Origin: Planctomycetota bacterium
GTDB lineage: Bacteria > Planctomycetota > JAJSAM01 > JAJVHW01
Direction of reading: 5' to 3'
Assembly: GCA_965248445.1 (NCBI GenBank)
Contig: CBDFJG010000003.1
Span: forward strand, 160,001-224,000
Length of the DNA stretch: 64,000 nt
The notes under the pieces were generated by a model. It worked only from the letters and a program-made list of their open reading frames with translations, was not told the DNA's origin and did not search any database. Shown one piece after another: positions 62,523 to 64,000 of the stretch (its first letter is position 1; each line of letters begins with the position of its first letter). A program made the position numbers and the translations under genes.

Positions 62523-63815
62523 ATGGGCACTTCGGGTTGCGGCAGGCGTCGAACTCTGCTGGCTGTGGCGTTGCTGCCAGCCCTGGCCTGGTCCGACGTC
62601 GCGCTGGCGCACGGCGGGTGCTACGGCGATCCGGCAGGTGTCGTGCCCTCGTCCTACTCGCGCGTTCCGCCGGGTCCTCCTTCGCCGCCGCCGACGTCCG
62701 TCGCGCCGGTGCGCGTGCTGGATGCCGACGGAAACGCAGTCAACGCCGCCAGCTTCCTCCAGGCGCCGGGATCACCGTGGTGGCGCGTCTCCGGCGGGCG
62801 CGACGGCGAGTACTCCGCACCGTGTGGAGCGGAGGGGGCGCGCTACATCGTCACGGCGGCGGGCCATGCGCCGGTGCTCACGCCGTGGATACGTGCCGAG
62901 GACATGCTTCCCGTGACGGCCTCGCAGGCCACGAAGGGGCCCCCGCGGGCGTCGATGAGGATCGACCTACCGCGCGGGCACGAGATCTCGGGGCGGGTGC
63001 TCGCCGATCGGAACACGACGCGCGTTCGCCTCTCCGTCCTCCCAGCGCGGGCCCGGGTTCCCGAGGCTTTTGCGGTGATGGCGAAGCGCCAGGGCTGGGA
63101 AGGCGCCGTGCCGGGATCCGGGGGCACGTTCAGGTTCTCATCCCTCCCGGCCGGGCGGTACTCGATCGTCGTCTCCACACCCGAACGGACGGTCCGCGTC
63201 ATGCGGTCGGTGCGTGCGGGCATCCGGAATCTCACGATCGATCTCGAGGGAGAGGACCTCTCGGCTCCGCCGGTGGAGGGGCTCCGGCCGGACACCGGTC
63301 GCGCGACTCTGCGCGTCACAGCGGACGGCAAGACCAGCGTGCAGGTCGCCGCGTGGCGGCGCGGCGAGTCGCAGCCGGTCGCTCGCGCGCACGGCATCGA
63401 CGTCGCGTTGAACGTCCCGATGGGGGAGGGGCTGATCGTAGTGGTCGCCGATCCGTCGGGCGGCGTGCGCGCGCTGCCGGGTGTTGATCCCGGCTCGTCG
63501 CGCGTCGCGCTCCCTCCGGTCCCCACACGCGTACTGAGTGGCCGCGTCGTTCGTACGGACGGGGGCTCGCCCGTGGTGCGTGCGCTTGTCTCGGCGGTGC
63601 CGCATCTCGAGGTGCCCGACGCGCTCTTCGCGGAGGCGCCGTTTCGGCGGGAGACGCGCACGGACGCGAACGGACGGTTCGAGATCCCGAACGTCGCCGG
63701 TGCGGTCCGTCTCCTCGTGGAGGCGCCGGGTCTGGCGCTCGGCGCAGTCACGCCGGTCGGCGCGGCGCGCGATGACGCCGGCGACGTCCGGATGGTCGAA
63801 CGGCGCTCTCCCTAA
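62523..63815 (+). CDS. Secreted protein with carboxypeptidase-regulatory-like (CnaB-type) domains
   Basis: Signal peptide; ISGRV...GTFRFSSLPAGRY; LSGRV...TDANGRFEI...APG. Confidence 0.75.
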   Translation: MGTSGCGRRRTLLAVALLPALAWSDVALAHGGCYGDPAGVVPSSYSRVPPGPPSPPPTSVAPVRVLDADGNAVNAASFLQAPGSPWWRVSGGRDGEYSAPCGAEGARYIVTAAGHAPVLTPWIRAEDMLPVTASQATKGPPRASMRIDLPRGHEISGRVLADRNTTRVRLSVLPARARVPEAFAVMAKRQGWEGAVPGSGGTFRFSSLPAGRYSIVVSTPERTVRVMRSVRAGIRNLTIDLEGEDLSAPPVEGLRPDTGRATLRVTADGKTSVQVAAWRRGESQPVARAHGIDVALNVPMGEGLIVVVADPSGGVRALPGVDPGSSRVALPPVPTRVLSGRVVRTDGGSPVVRALVSAVPHLEVPDALFAEAPFRRETRTDANGRFEIPNVAGAVRLLVEAPGLALGAVTPVGAARDDAGDVRMVERRSP

Positions 63816-64000
63816 CGCACGGCGGTCCAGCGCTCTCCGTCGCGCCCGACGGTGCCGATGGCGAGCGCTCCCGTGATCCCGTCGATGAACCCGCCGGCCA
63901 GGAACGCAGCGCCCGGCGAGACCATCAGTTCGGCGGCCGGGTCGTCCTTGGACATGATCTCGCCCGTCTGGTTCACGAAGAACGTGCGGTTGCCTGTCGT
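63812..64000 (-). CDS. 3' end of a pilin-like/DUF2950-like protein (partial)
   Basis: TTGNRTFFVNQTGEI...GRDGERWTAVR-stop. Confidence 0.5.
   Translation of the reverse strand, partial: TTGNRTFFVNQTGEIMSKDDPAAELMVSPGAAFLAGGFIDGITGALAIGTVGRDGERWTAVR

Overview
GC-rich bacterial DNA. The gene content resembles Planctomycetota, but that assignment is inference only. In order, the window holds: a NitT/TauT-type ABC transporter; a single-ORF IS66 element (two full 1500-bp copies and one 723-bp fragment); an ECF sigma factor with a vWA/YfbK-like anti-sigma partner; a tungsten/molybdopterin redox cluster (NuoE-F fusion, SdaA, MobA-MoaD fusion, aldehyde:ferredoxin oxidoreductase, formate dehydrogenase alpha); an IS1595; a degenerate HNH gene; a kinase-NTPase-TPR protein running into tRNA-His; a tRNA-Arg(TCT) 3' half (att site) followed by a prophage remnant; three tandem secreted IPT/FG-GAP paralogs; a porin-cytochrome pair with an unusual 14-heme MtrA/DmsE-like cytochrome; an SLC13 permease; a truncated heme peroxidase; and an OmpR-type two-component system. 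No IS copy has a target-site duplication and several junctions cut genes whose other halves are missing, so the window is probably a mosaic (real rearrangement or assembly chimera). The best novelty candidates are the 14-heme MtrAB-like conduit, the AOR-FDH-NuoEF module and the IPT/FG-GAP paralog triplet. All family calls come from motif recognition by eye; no searches were run.
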